A DNA stretch of 63,901 nt, the filler included, from Neoconidiobolus thromboides FSU 785 (lineage: Eukaryota; Fungi; Entomophthoromycota), in assembly GCA_025603075.1 (NCBI GenBank). It is 8 parts of 8 records of this genome, joined end to end, with 100 filler letters (N's around TTAATTAATTAA, not from the genome) between each part and the next. Parts side by side here need not be neighbours in the genome. Positions count along the whole stretch, not along the records: positions 51,248 to 56,166 come from MU626771.1; positions 56,267 to 58,873 come from MU626844.1; positions 58,974 to 61,107 come from MU626875.1; positions 61,208 to 62,416 come from MU627017.1; positions 62,517 to 63,901 come from MU626980.1; 3 more parts are not named here. One strand, 5' to 3'. Positions 53,478 to 63,901 of this stretch are shown here, in pieces (position 1 is the stretch's first letter; each line of letters opens with the position of its first letter). The notes beneath the pieces are model-generated. The model had not been told where the DNA came from. It ran no database searches and saw only the letters and a program-made list of their open reading frames with translations. The translations under genes were made by a program, and so were the position numbers.

Positions 53478-54212
53478 ATGCAGCAGTTTAGTTTTTTATC
53501 CTTTGTTTTGTTATTATTAAATTTTAATATAATAATGAGTAAAGAAAAAGTTTCAAAAAATATTATTGATCCTTATTTTCCAAAACTTCAAAAATACAAA
53601 ATAGGCTTAGTAATATACAAAGAATTTACATTATTGGATCTAGTAGGGCCTGCCGAAGTATTTAGTGATAATAGTGGATTATTTGAAACCGTAACTATTG
53701 GTGAAAATAGTAATGGTACCGTTGGTTCTAAAAGTAATACTCTACTATTCAACACGAAATTAAGTATGGAAGAGGCAATTCAACAAGAATTCGATATATT
53801 GGTACTCCCAGGTGCAGATTCAAACGGATTAAAAATATTAGACAACGATAAGTTTATAAATAATTATAAAGAACTTTGTGGTAAAGCTAAAGTGGTATTT
53901 ACTATTTGCACTGGCTCATTACTATTAGCTAAAACTGGATTAATTGATAATATAAATGCCACCACTAATAAACAAGCTTATCCTAAATACACACCAAATT
54001 ACCCTAATGTCAAGTGGATTTATCATGCTCGTTGGGTACACAATAAAAAATACATCACTTCAAGTGGGATTACAGCCGGTACTGACGCAGCTATGTATAT
54101 CTTTTCTTTAATTAAAGGCGACGAAAGCGCCAAACGTTATTCGGATGTTCTAGAATATAAGTACAACGATGATCCAGATAACGATCCATATGCCGTTTTG
54201 GATTTAAAATAA
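53478..54212 (+). CDS. Secreted DJ-1/PfpI family, isocyanide hydratase (InhA)-like, complete and intronless
   Basis: Signal peptide; LLDLVGPAEVF, DILVLPG, catalytic ICTGS, ATTNK, RWVHNKKYITSSGITAGTD. Confidence 0.9.
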   Translation: MQQFSFLSFVLLLLNFNIIMSKEKVSKNIIDPYFPKLQKYKIGLVIYKEFTLLDLVGPAEVFSDNSGLFETVTIGENSNGTVGSKSNTLLFNTKLSMEEAIQQEFDILVLPGADSNGLKILDNDKFINNYKELCGKAKVVFTICTGSLLLAKTGLIDNINATTNKQAYPKYTPNYPNVKWIYHARWVHNKKYITSSGITAGTDAAMYIFSLIKGDESAKRYSDVLEYKYNDDPDNDPYAVLDLK

Positions 54213-54544
54213 ATTGTAAAAATAATGGTTATATGTTTTTCATTGATAATTTTGACCTTTCAAACTAAAAATCAACAAAATACTATAGTTTCAGTAATAA
54301 AAATAAAAAATCTGATTATTTTGTCATTCTGTTTTCAATCGTTTTATAGAATCAAAACCCACATAACAAACGTTTATTTGAGGTTGGTAATAAATGAAAA
54401 TACACAAAATCCAACTTTATTGCTTTTATAGCTAGTGAATAAATTGAATCACTGGAATATAATTATATTAGGTTATTCATGATATCTCTTTACATATTCA
54501 CGGACGTAAAAAACAAGTAAGTTGTTGATTACAACAATAAACAT

Positions 54545-54637
54545 GGGATATTTTTCGTTTAAAAAATTGATTTATATTTTCTCCTCCCAATAGCATTTAG
54601 AAATGTAAAAAACAATGAAACTATGAAAGACATTCTC
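54545..54637 (-). mobile_element. MITE copy (diverged)
   Basis: Degenerate reverse consensus with terminal cattctc-atat. Confidence 0.55.
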
Positions 54638-55695
54638 ATATTTTTTATCTCTAAAATGAGCTTATTTTCAGTTGAATTATTTATTGTCTTGCAGCTATTT
54701 CCTATTAGCTAATTTCTGCGTGTACAAATCTGTAACGAAGCACTATGAGCAACCTAATAAGTGTATTCACTTGCTCTAAAGAAGGGAGTTAATATGGCAT
54801 AAAAATTTATTAAATTTACTAATTTTATTATTCTAAAATCGATATTTTTAATCCATCTTTTTTGTACTCAATTTGTTATAGCGATATAAGCTAATTGATA
54901 CTTGGATTTAATGTTACAATCACCCACCCAAATATATATAATATATATAAAAGGCATTATGTTTGTGCTGGAAAAGTAGAAATCATGAAGTCAATAACAA
55001 AAAAACCTACCATAACTAGCCCCAAATATATAAAAAGCGATTGTTATCATATTATTTACCAATAATCCTATGAAAATTTATAGAATTAAAACTAGAAAAA
55101 AAGAGAACTTTAGAATTAATTAACATAGTTACACTTCACCCTTTTATTGATATTATGATGATGAAAAATTTAAACAACAAGCTTGGTAAAGTCCTATTTT
55201 TAGAAAATATGTTTAGTTTATTAGAAATAACTTCCTATTGTTTTTTAATTTCCATATGTCCTTTCAAAATTAAAACTATTTAGTATTCATTTAATTTCAA
55301 ATTGCTTCTCTATTTGATTTTTTTAAACTTCGAAAGAGTAAACCTCCAAGTGCTTTAATGTATAAAATGTGGGAGGGCTATTTTATGATGGATTACGAAA
55401 GTGATAATCATAAAAAATCTTAGGTTAAAGCTGTTAAAAAATCACTAGATACTTGAGGTTTCAACTTTCAACTTTCTTGTAGTATTTAACATTTATGAAG
55501 CACATGTAACAATTCTAAATGGTTATTTATAAATCTCATTGTATTTTATCACAAAAATTATAGTGATATACAAGGTTATATTGTGTGGGTAAGATAGAGT
55601 ATATTAGAACTACTATTAAAATGCCTTTTTTAAATGATCCTGGTCTTAATTGAATATAGATAATACTTATCTAATTTTTGGTATTATTAGAATAT

Positions 55696-55794
55696 GAGGA
55701 TGTTTTTTCTGGTTTCATCACTTTTTCTATCTTTTAAGCGCTACTTGAGTGGAAAGATTGTTAGTAAAACTTTTAAACAAAAAAATACATCCTC
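55696..55794 (+). mobile_element. MITE copy, TSD ATAT/ATAT
   Basis: GAGGATGT...ACATCCTC termini. Confidence 0.85.
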
Positions 55795-55985
55795 ATATGT
55801 AGCTTTAATGGCTAAAAATAAGCCAAGAATTGAATTCCACTAAAAGTTAATTAAGATTTATATTAAATCCACTGAATCTAAATGAGGAATCTATTAAGAA
55901 GCCTCCACTTAGAATAGTACATAAGGACTATATAAAATAACAAAAATTAAGCTTTATTACAATTAAAGGAATCAAACATACAAAT

Positions 55986-56309
55986 ATGCAACAAAATTAT
56001 TTTATCACATTCATTTTCTTATTACTCAACTTCAACTACATTTTATGTAAACAAAAACGGTTCAAAAACATCATCGATCCCTACTTTCCAAGACTCTTAA
56101 GATATAGAGTGGGTTTAGTAGTATATCCTGAATTTTCTACATTAGACTTGATAGGATCTGCAGATANNNNNNNNNNNNNNNNNNNNNNNNNNNNNNNNNN
56201 NNNNNNNNNNTTAATTAATTAANNNNNNNNNNNNNNNNNNNNNNNNNNNNNNNNNNNNNNNNNNNNGGCTCTTCCAGAAGTGCCACAAGCAACGATAGAG
56301 ATTAAATAA
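55986..56309 (+). CDS. Secreted DJ-1/PfpI copy 3, spanning gap 56167-56266
   Basis: N-terminus shared with copy 1; post-gap ALPEVPQATIEIK-stop aligns with copy 2 DPYAVLDLK-stop. Confidence 0.75.
56167..56266. other. Assembly gap with linker
   Basis: N-run with TTAATTAATTAA. Confidence 0.97.
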
Positions 56310-57117
56310 GCTAATGAAACTAAATTCAAATTCATATTTTAACGACTCACAGAGTTTAAATCAATATTTTAAATGAGAATTTTGATGGAATTAGTTTTTA
56401 TATAGTGTGATTTTTATGACTAGAATAACTAAGTATTCTATATTGTCTTATTTGATTATACAAGTTCCATATTGTACCATAACGTATCACTTCTTCTATA
56501 TTTAAGTTTAACACTCATTCAGTTATTGAAATCCAATATATTTAATTTATTGTATGCTCTTGATAATTTTAGTTTTTACTAAATTTAGAAATTATTTTTA
56601 TGAAGTTAATAATTCTTCTATTTTTACATTATTAGAACACTTCTAAAAATAAATCAATAAATTGAATACAAGGTAATAATAAATACTATTTACCTTGTTT
56701 GATAAGTATAAAAATAACATAAACTGTAACTCGAAACATGAATAGGTGAATGACAATGAATAATAATTCTATTTTGCTGTTGAATAATATATTTTAAGGA
56801 AATATATAATGCGAAGGATTACTTGTATGACTAAAAGTAGATATAATGCGATTTTATGAAATCGAACAGGCTTTTGGGATATATTAATACTATAAGATAC
56901 AGTAAAGCCGAAAACATTGGCTTAACTAAAATGCCTTTCATCGTGTTTTGAGAACTGATTAACTTTAGTCAAAAATTAATTATTGTGATTTACCCAAAAC
57001 TATTTGTACATATTATTTTCAAAAGATTTACTGAATTTAACTTTAAAACTTGGTAACAAAATTTTCTTTTTAAGTAATTTTAAGGATTTAGGTAAAGCAA
57101 TATTATTTTTATTATAT

Positions 57118-57211
57118 GGGGATGTATTTTTTTGTTTAGTAATTTTACTAACAGTTTTTCTACACAAATAACGCTTAAAAAATGGAAAAAGTAATGCAGC
57201 CAGAAATCCCC
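57118..57211 (-). mobile_element. MITE copy, TSD ATAT/ATAT
   Basis: Reverse consensus match. Confidence 0.8.
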
Positions 57212-57766
57212 ATATATATTGATATTGATATTGATATTAATATTGTATTATCAACTATTTAAATTTAATTATATTCAGGTAGTTATGATTTGGAGTGCAA
57301 TGGGAAGTTTTTCAAGTAAGCCGATATCTTCTAAGTTTATTGTAACAGAATTGAATAATGGAAGTAGTGGTTAGTTAAAAATAGGTCATAAATTAAGCTT
57401 ATTTAAATATTCACTTTTTCAAGGATAGGAACTATTAGTATAGCATTTAAATAGTTATTCTATAAAAAAATTTATTGTTACAAAACTCAGTATGACGCTA
57501 TTAGCTTAATATATTACCTTTTGATTCAATTCATATTATTTAAATGAATATAATTTAACAGTTGGAAACCTATATCTAATTAATAATAATAATCAAATAA
57601 AATCATTTAGTAAACAACAACTAATAATTTTAAAATACATAATAAAATAACGTATCTTTAATTATTAATTCTTTAAATACCATAGTATTTTCATACTAAT
57701 TAAGTTTATAGGGTATAAAAAGGAATCCTTTATTTATAAATAATCTATATTTATAAAAATAGTAAA

Positions 57767-58862
57767 TTATGGATAAATATCTTCCATGTCTCTTCTTGTA
57801 TAACCGACTATCTCGTCATTTTTGACAGCATGTGTTCCTCTGTTGTTGTCTTTTTTAGAAGGCTTATCATGTTGTTTATCTTTTCCATCTTTTTTCTGAG
57901 GTTTGTCTTGTTATTTACCCTTATTATTATCTTCCTTGGGTCTATTTTGTTGTTTATCATTATTGGTCTTTTTACAATAACTAACATTGATAATATCATT
58001 AAGATTATCAACACTGTTACTTTCTCTTTCAAAGCTTTCAGATTGATCATTATCTTTATTAATCTTATTTTATAGCTTTATATTTAACTGAATTGGGCCT
58101 CATTTTACGAAAATTAAAATTATGAGATCCTTCGATATCTTTAAAATTGTCTGATACTTTTCTAAATGGCTGATTTGTAGCTTTACGAAATTCAAAATCT
58201 TCAACATCCTCAATATCATCTCTAGTAATAAGCTCACGATTGCCTTTAATACCAATAGATTTAAGTTGACGATAGTTAGAGTCATTATTATTACTACTAT
58301 CATTACCATTATCATTATCATCATGATGCTTTTCAAAATATCTAAGGTCATCTCTACCATTATCATATATGTATTCAGAATGGATATGACCCGGCTCTTG
58401 GGTTTTCTCTTTATCACCATGATGTTTTTCTTTTTGGGTTTTTTTAGAGTCATGTTTGTTAAATTTGAAATTATTTTTTCTAAACTCAAAGTCGATATCA
58501 ATAATGTCACTAATATCATTTCTACTATCCCATCCCTGATTATTAGTAATTTTCAGTGGCTGCGTTTTACGATAATCTATACCGTAAGATTCTTGTATAT
58601 CGCTAGTGTCACTTCTACCTTGATTTTTTCGGCTCTTTAAATTGGGATATGTAAGCTTTTGAGAATCTCGGTCTTTTTTTGGATTCACTTTATCTTTATT
58701 GACAGCTATATCTTTTTTGTCTTTTTTGTATTTTTTGTATTTTTTAGTTTTCTTAGAATTATGTTTCCCTTCATTAGTATCTCTTCTTTTCAAGCTCCTT
58801 CTATAAAGCTCTTCGATATCTCTTTTAGTATTGCTAAGCTCCTCTTCATCCTTGTTTCTGCC
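57767..58862 (-). CDS. K/D/N-rich precursor-like protein with dibasic sites; one frameshift and one in-frame TAA; 5' end in gap
   Basis: KRDIEELYRRSLKRRD; repeated DFEFRK/NFNFRK; reading continues in a shifted frame after ~58068 to GYTRRDMEDIYP-stop. Confidence 0.6.
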
Positions 58863-58873
58863 TAAAAGATTAA

Positions 58874-58973
58874 NNNNNNNNNNNNNNNNNNNNNNNNNNN
58901 NNNNNNNNNNNNNNNNNTTAATTAATTAANNNNNNNNNNNNNNNNNNNNNNNNNNNNNNNNNNNNNNNNNNNN
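58874..58973. other. Assembly gap with linker
   Basis: N-run with TTAATTAATTAA. Confidence 0.97.
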
Positions 58974-59532
58974 ATGAGTCTATTAATGGATTTATATTAC
59001 CAGATAATCAACTGAAGTCTATTTAATATTTTATTACAACAATAAAGCCTTATATTTTTGATTTTTTTGCTTCTATTATTATTTTAACAAAAGTGACTTA
59101 AAAGCAAGTTGCTCTTCGTTTACAAGCTACTTCTATCAATAACTATTCTACTTTATTTCAAGATGAAGTAAGACAATCAAGAGAGTGGTAACTTGAGATT
59201 ATCCAGTTTGGTCCATGGTATTATGTTTGTCATATTAGCCAAAATCAAAGTAACTTTTAAGCAGAAACTTTACTTTGGGATAAAATGACTATTTTAACGA
59301 ATAAAATCTAAACGATATCCCATTTCAAATATACTCAAGTTTAAATACGAAGTCAAATAATATCAAGTATAATCCAATTTAATATTCACCAATCAAATCC
59401 AAATTGTCATGCTTTTTAGTTATATAATTGAACCCTTTAATGTAACTTTTTAGTAAAATAGTTAATCCCCTTGAAATAAAATTGAACTTTTCCAATCGAA
59501 TCTAGTCTATCATTTAGTAGCTGAAAATTAGC

Positions 59533-61107
59533 ATGTCATCCATAAACGGATTCAATAATGGAATTGGGGAAACCGATTTTAGTAAAATATGTATTAATAA
59601 CAATAATAATGTAGAAAATAATGGTTTTAATCAACTCAGTCACAACACAACAAGTGATATTAAATTGAGGCAAATTGATAATATTCCCAATAATACATCA
59701 CAAACTGTCGATTTCAATCAGGTTAACAATGGAATAAATGACATTGAAATTAATCAACTTATAAGTAATAATAGCAATAATGGTATAGAAGATATTGATT
59801 TTAATCAAATCAACAGGAATTACGACAATCCGATTAATGATGAAGCTTTACAGCGGTTTGATCAAGAGTATAATGAACGGTTTTTGAATCTAATTGAAAG
59901 ACAAAAAAAGGTATTGGAGATTTCAATCAAAGAAAATAAGAACAAAATGGAACAATTAAAATTCGACACCATTCATAAACAAAAAAAAATCAAAGAAATC
60001 AATGATATTCTTAACATTGGACGACAAAATGGATCTGAGATGTTAGATAGTAGTGTCAATCAAGAGCAGCGAAATAAAAGTGAATCATTCAATAGCGTGA
60101 TTAAACAAAGAAAGAATGGTACTAGAAAAAATAAATTGTTACCTACCTTTTTAAATTTATATGAATCTAAGCGACCAACAATGGAAAGGAAGACATTAAT
60201 TATGGAAGAGTATGAAAAAAAAATGCTTACAGTTACTGAATTATGTGAACGATATAAAATTACGAAAACTACGTTTTATCGAACTAAAAAAAAATATGAA
60301 GAATTTAAAAAAGGAATTAATATTGATAAAGTAGATAATCGAGGAAGAAATAGCAAATTAAGTAAAGATTTTATGGGTATTTTATATTATAAAATTATAA
60401 CTCAACCAAAGGGAACCACTACCGTTAGAGAATTAACTAAAATGTTAAATGAAACTTTAAGTTTAAATATATCGAATAGTACTACTTATAGAGCCTTACA
60501 AAGGGCGGAAAATGGATGGAAAACGGAGGCCAAAATACCGGATAATTGGAATGAAGCTAACATTTTAGAATTAAGAAAAAAATTTGTTCAACATCTAACC
60601 AAGTACAATAGTAATAAAAAAGAGTATTATTTGGGAGAATGTACGTTCAATTTGGAAGAAGATACAGGATATACATGGATATTAAAAGGACGGAATGAAA
60701 TTTTAGCTAACCGTAAAAGACAAAAACCAATTCATTTAGTATTAGCTATTAATAAATTGGGAGAAGTAATTAAAATGAATTTAAACCAATACAACAAAGA
60801 TAAAGTTGAAGTAGTAGATGATGAAAAAATGGTCCAGTTTTTTGATGAAAATTTAATGAAATTCAAAAATTGCATTGTTTATTTAGATAATTCATCTTTT
60901 CATGGCTTTGGTCCGAATCAACTGGAATTCCAAAACAGTTTAAATCAATATAATATTGAATTAATTTTTTACCCACCTTATTCAATTTTTATGAATCCAA
61001 TCGAATATTTTTTTAATGAAATATATAAGTATATTAAAGATCAAGCATTTAAAACTAGAGAACAATTGATTTATTTAATTGAAAATGGAATTGTTCGAAA
61101 TACTGAA
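59533..61107 (+). mobile_element. IS630/Tc1-mariner-like transposase-derived ORF, C-terminus in gap
   Basis: HTH ...KTTFYR, RGRNSKL, TVREL...ISNSTTYRAL; DDE-region YLGECTFN, YLDNSSFH, PPYSIFMNPIEYFF. Confidence 0.85.
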
Positions 61108-61207
61108 NNNNNNNNNNNNNNNNNNNNNNNNNNNNNNNNNNNNNNNNNNNNTTAATTAATTAANNNNNNNNNNNNNNNNNNNNNNNNNNNNNNNNNNNNN
61201 NNNNNNN
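61108..61207. other. Assembly gap with linker
   Basis: N-run with TTAATTAATTAA. Confidence 0.97.
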
Positions 61208-61500
61208 TTGATTTCTACTCCTTGATCTTTACTCATTCATAAACTTTAATTTTTTGGCTGTCTATTAGTTTATCATAATTTTTAGTCTCTTGGTTTATAA
61301 GAAATCAATATTAAAATAATATATTATAGTAAACAATCTATTTGAAATTAAAACTGTATCAGTTAACAGTTTAAAATTATGGCTTTATTTTAAGCAACTC
61401 TTAAAGTTATCACTAAAGTTATTAGTATTAGGGTTTTAACATATCTCAGAGGATAGGCTATTATAATAATAAAGTTAGTAGGTATTCGGATTAGACTATA

Positions 61501-61545
61501 ATGTAGGATAATGTAGGATAATGTAGGATAATGTAGGATAATGTA
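61501..61545. repeat. 10-bp minisatellite (ATGTAGGATA) x4.5
   Basis: Direct tandem units visible. Confidence 0.95.
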
Positions 61546-61606
61546 AGGTAACCTTGTTTTATTTATCATTGCTTGAAAGAATAATTTAATAACCAAAAAA
61601 CCATAT

Positions 61607-61705
61607 GGGGATATATTTTTATGTTTAAGAGTTTTATTAACAAATTTTCCGCTTAAATAGCACTTAAAAAATGGAAAAAATAATGAAGTTAAAAAAGACA
61701 TCCCC
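61607..61705 (-). mobile_element. MITE copy, TSD ATAT/ATAT
   Basis: Reverse consensus match. Confidence 0.85.
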
Positions 61706-62416
61706 ATATTTTAAGCTACTTCTATTCAAAAGATTAGTTAGTAAAGCATTTGATTCTACTACGAGTATTCTTATATACAGTTTATAAGCATTTTTATTAT
61801 TTTTCCATCTATATCTTATAAACTATAATACTTGTTTAACCTTTAATATAAACTGATCCTGATGGGAAGTAAAATGAGATCTGATTTTGATGTCGGTAGA
61901 ACAGAAGGAGATAATAAATTTTATATCATAGAATAACATTGTAGTCAAATTGAAAGCCTCATTGCTAGTAGTTATTTGTTCTAGAGTGAAATAAGATCGA
62001 ATAGCTGCTAACTTGACATTTGAATAGGATTCGTATACTATTAGTTCATTTTATCATAACTCTCTCGTAAGTTTATTAAATAGTATAATAAATGGATCTT
62101 CTTTTTAGAACTTATTTGTAGCCATTAGCTAGATAAATGCTATGTAATGTATAATTTGAATATCACATAAATTGTGTAGATTATTTAGACTTTGATTCTT
62201 ATTATCAGCAACTTAGCATAATCACAGTATACGAATATTAATTGAAACTTTAAAAATAGTAAATGAAAAGAAGAACATATATTAAAATAAGATTTATTAA
62301 TGTACACAATAATATTTACACAAAAATAAAAGGAGACTAAAGTTTATCACCAAGCCAAATAGATGTCTTTTCCTTATTAATGATTCCATCTTCTGCTTTA
62401 GGTTCAATTTTAATAG

Positions 62417-62516
62417 NNNNNNNNNNNNNNNNNNNNNNNNNNNNNNNNNNNNNNNNNNNNTTAATTAATTAANNNNNNNNNNNNNNNNNNNNNNNNNNNN
62501 NNNNNNNNNNNNNNNN
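62417..62516. other. Assembly gap with linker
   Basis: N-run with TTAATTAATTAA. Confidence 0.97.
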
Positions 62517-63901
62517 TCTCCAATCGAAGATAACAAACTTGTCAAGATTGCTGTCAATTATGCTGCTACTCTTTCTGTCCAATCAGTAGATATTCAAAAT
62601 TTTGAATTAGAAGATTGGAGTTCTCAAATCTTTACTCCTTATCTTAGTTGGATTCTTAAAGATCAAACCGATTCTCTTTGTCAATCTTTCCTTAAGCTTT
62701 GTGTTGCTGAACATGAACGTGTTCTTAAAGAAACTGCCCCAGTTGAAGAAGAAGATGATGGTGTTGTCCTTTGTGACTGTTCTTTCTCTCTTGCTTATGG
62801 TGCTTTAATTCTTTTAAATAATACTAGTTTCAAGCTTTATAAAGGTCGTCGTTATGGTCTTTGTGGTCCAAATGGTGCTGGTAAATCTACTCTTATGCGT
62901 GCTATTGCCAATGGTCAACTTGATGGTTTCCCATCCCCAGATGAATTAAAGACTGTCTTTGTTGAACATTCCCTTCAAGGTGATGACTCTGATATCAACC
63001 CAATTGATTATCTCTGTAACAATGGTGCTCATACTGTTGAAGAAGTTAAGACTCTTCTTGCTTCCGTTGGATTCAGTGAAGATATGATGCTTAACCCAGT
63101 AACTTCTCTTTCCGGTGGTTGGAAGATGAAGGTTGAACTTTCCCGTGCTCTTCTTGCTAAACCAGATATTCTTATGTTGGATGAACCTACCAATCATTTA
63201 GATACTACCAATGTCGCTTGGTTAGAAAATTACCTTACTTCTCTTCCAGATGTCACTTCCATCATTGTTTCCCATGACTCTGGTTTCTTAGAGAATGTAT
63301 GTACTGGTTTCATTCATTATGAAAACCGTAAGCTTAAGATTTACAAAGGTAATCTCTCAGAATTTGTACGTAAAGTTCCAGAAGCTAGAACTTATTATGA
63401 TCTCTCTGCTTCATCTGTCAAATTCTCTTTCCCTACTCCTGGTTTCCTTGAAGGTGTTAAATCTAAAGATAAGGCTATTATTAAACTTTCTGGAATTAAC
63501 TTTACCTATCCAGGAACCGATCGTCAAATTCTTTATGATATGTCGCTTCAATGTTCTCTTTCTTCTCGTGTAGTTATTCATGGTCGTAACGGTGCTGGTA
63601 AATCTACCCTTGTTAAAATTTTAACTGGTGAAATGAATACTACTGAAGGTGAAGTATGGAAACATCCTATGTTACGTGTTGCTTATGTTGCACAACATGC
63701 TTTCCATCATTTAGAACGTCATCTTGACAAAACTCCTAATCAATATATTCAATGGCGTTACCAATATGGTGAAGATAGAGAATTGTTAGAAAAGGAAACT
63801 CGTCAAATGTCCGATGAAGATAAGATTCAAATGGAAAAGGTTGTTGTCTATGAAGGTGAAAAATACCAAATTGAAAACATCTTTGGACGTAGAAAACTCA
63901 A
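62517..63901 (+). CDS. YEF3: Fungal translation elongation factor 3 (partial; both ends outside the visible sequence)
   Basis: FSLAYGALILL, RRYGLCGPNGAGKSTLMRAIANGQ, LSGGWKMK, DEPTNHLD, AYVAQHAFHHL, QWRYQYGEDRE; missed by the ORF track because it has no start codon. Confidence 0.97.

Noticed and set aside
59533-61107. This transposase as the mobiliser of the MITE family
   Set aside because: Tc1/IS630 elements duplicate TA, whereas the MITE shows variable AWWT duplications; the enzyme also lacks its first catalytic Asp.
7163-61707. Short ORFs sharing FKRYLSGKIVNKILK-like text (7163, 11064, 27126, 37838, 53088, 61390) as a protein family
   Set aside because: The similarity comes from translating the non-coding MITE; frames and lengths are inconsistent.
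62336-62416. C-terminal fragment of a minus-strand gene (IKIEPKAEDGIINKEKTSIWLGDKL-stop) at the gap edge
   Set aside because: Plausible but only ~26 codons; too short to call.
17335-63573. Antisense or alternate-frame ORFs (17335, 22706, 28603, 30135, 32964, 42964, 49244, 57830, 58100, 58266, 58659, 62946, 63295) as overlapping genes
   Set aside because: They are shadows of real coding regions or low-complexity sequence, with no independent domain signal.

Overview
AT-rich (roughly 25% GC by eye), intron-rich eukaryotic DNA from a fungus. eEF3, an STE11-type MAPKKK, SF3B6/p14 and short GT-AG introns suggest an early-diverging lineage, possibly Conidiobolus/Neoconidiobolus-like (inference). 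Seven 100-bp assembly gaps carry an artificial TTAATTAATTAA six-frame-stop linker. Housekeeping genes: C2H2 factor, M14 carboxypeptidase, Rsa3-domain protein, fatty-acid hydroxylase, Mei2-like RRM protein, aldo-keto reductase, GIGYF/Smy2, SF3B6, PTPA, RPA2, STE11, eEF3. An accessory block at 35.8-61 kb is built from local, often inverted duplications: three secreted Lys/Gly-rich paralogs (two broken, largely by stops at Gln-aligned positions), three Git3/cAMP-receptor-like GPCRs, two dienelactone hydrolases inverted around STE11, three signal-peptide-bearing isocyanide-hydratase-like DJ-1/PfpI genes, a Kex2-type precursor and an IS630/Tc1-like transposase lacking its first catalytic Asp. Intergenic DNA holds about 24 copies of a ~95-bp MITE with AWWT target duplications (Sola1-like) and three ~463-bp solo LTRs, two of which abut the same GTGG site of that MITE.
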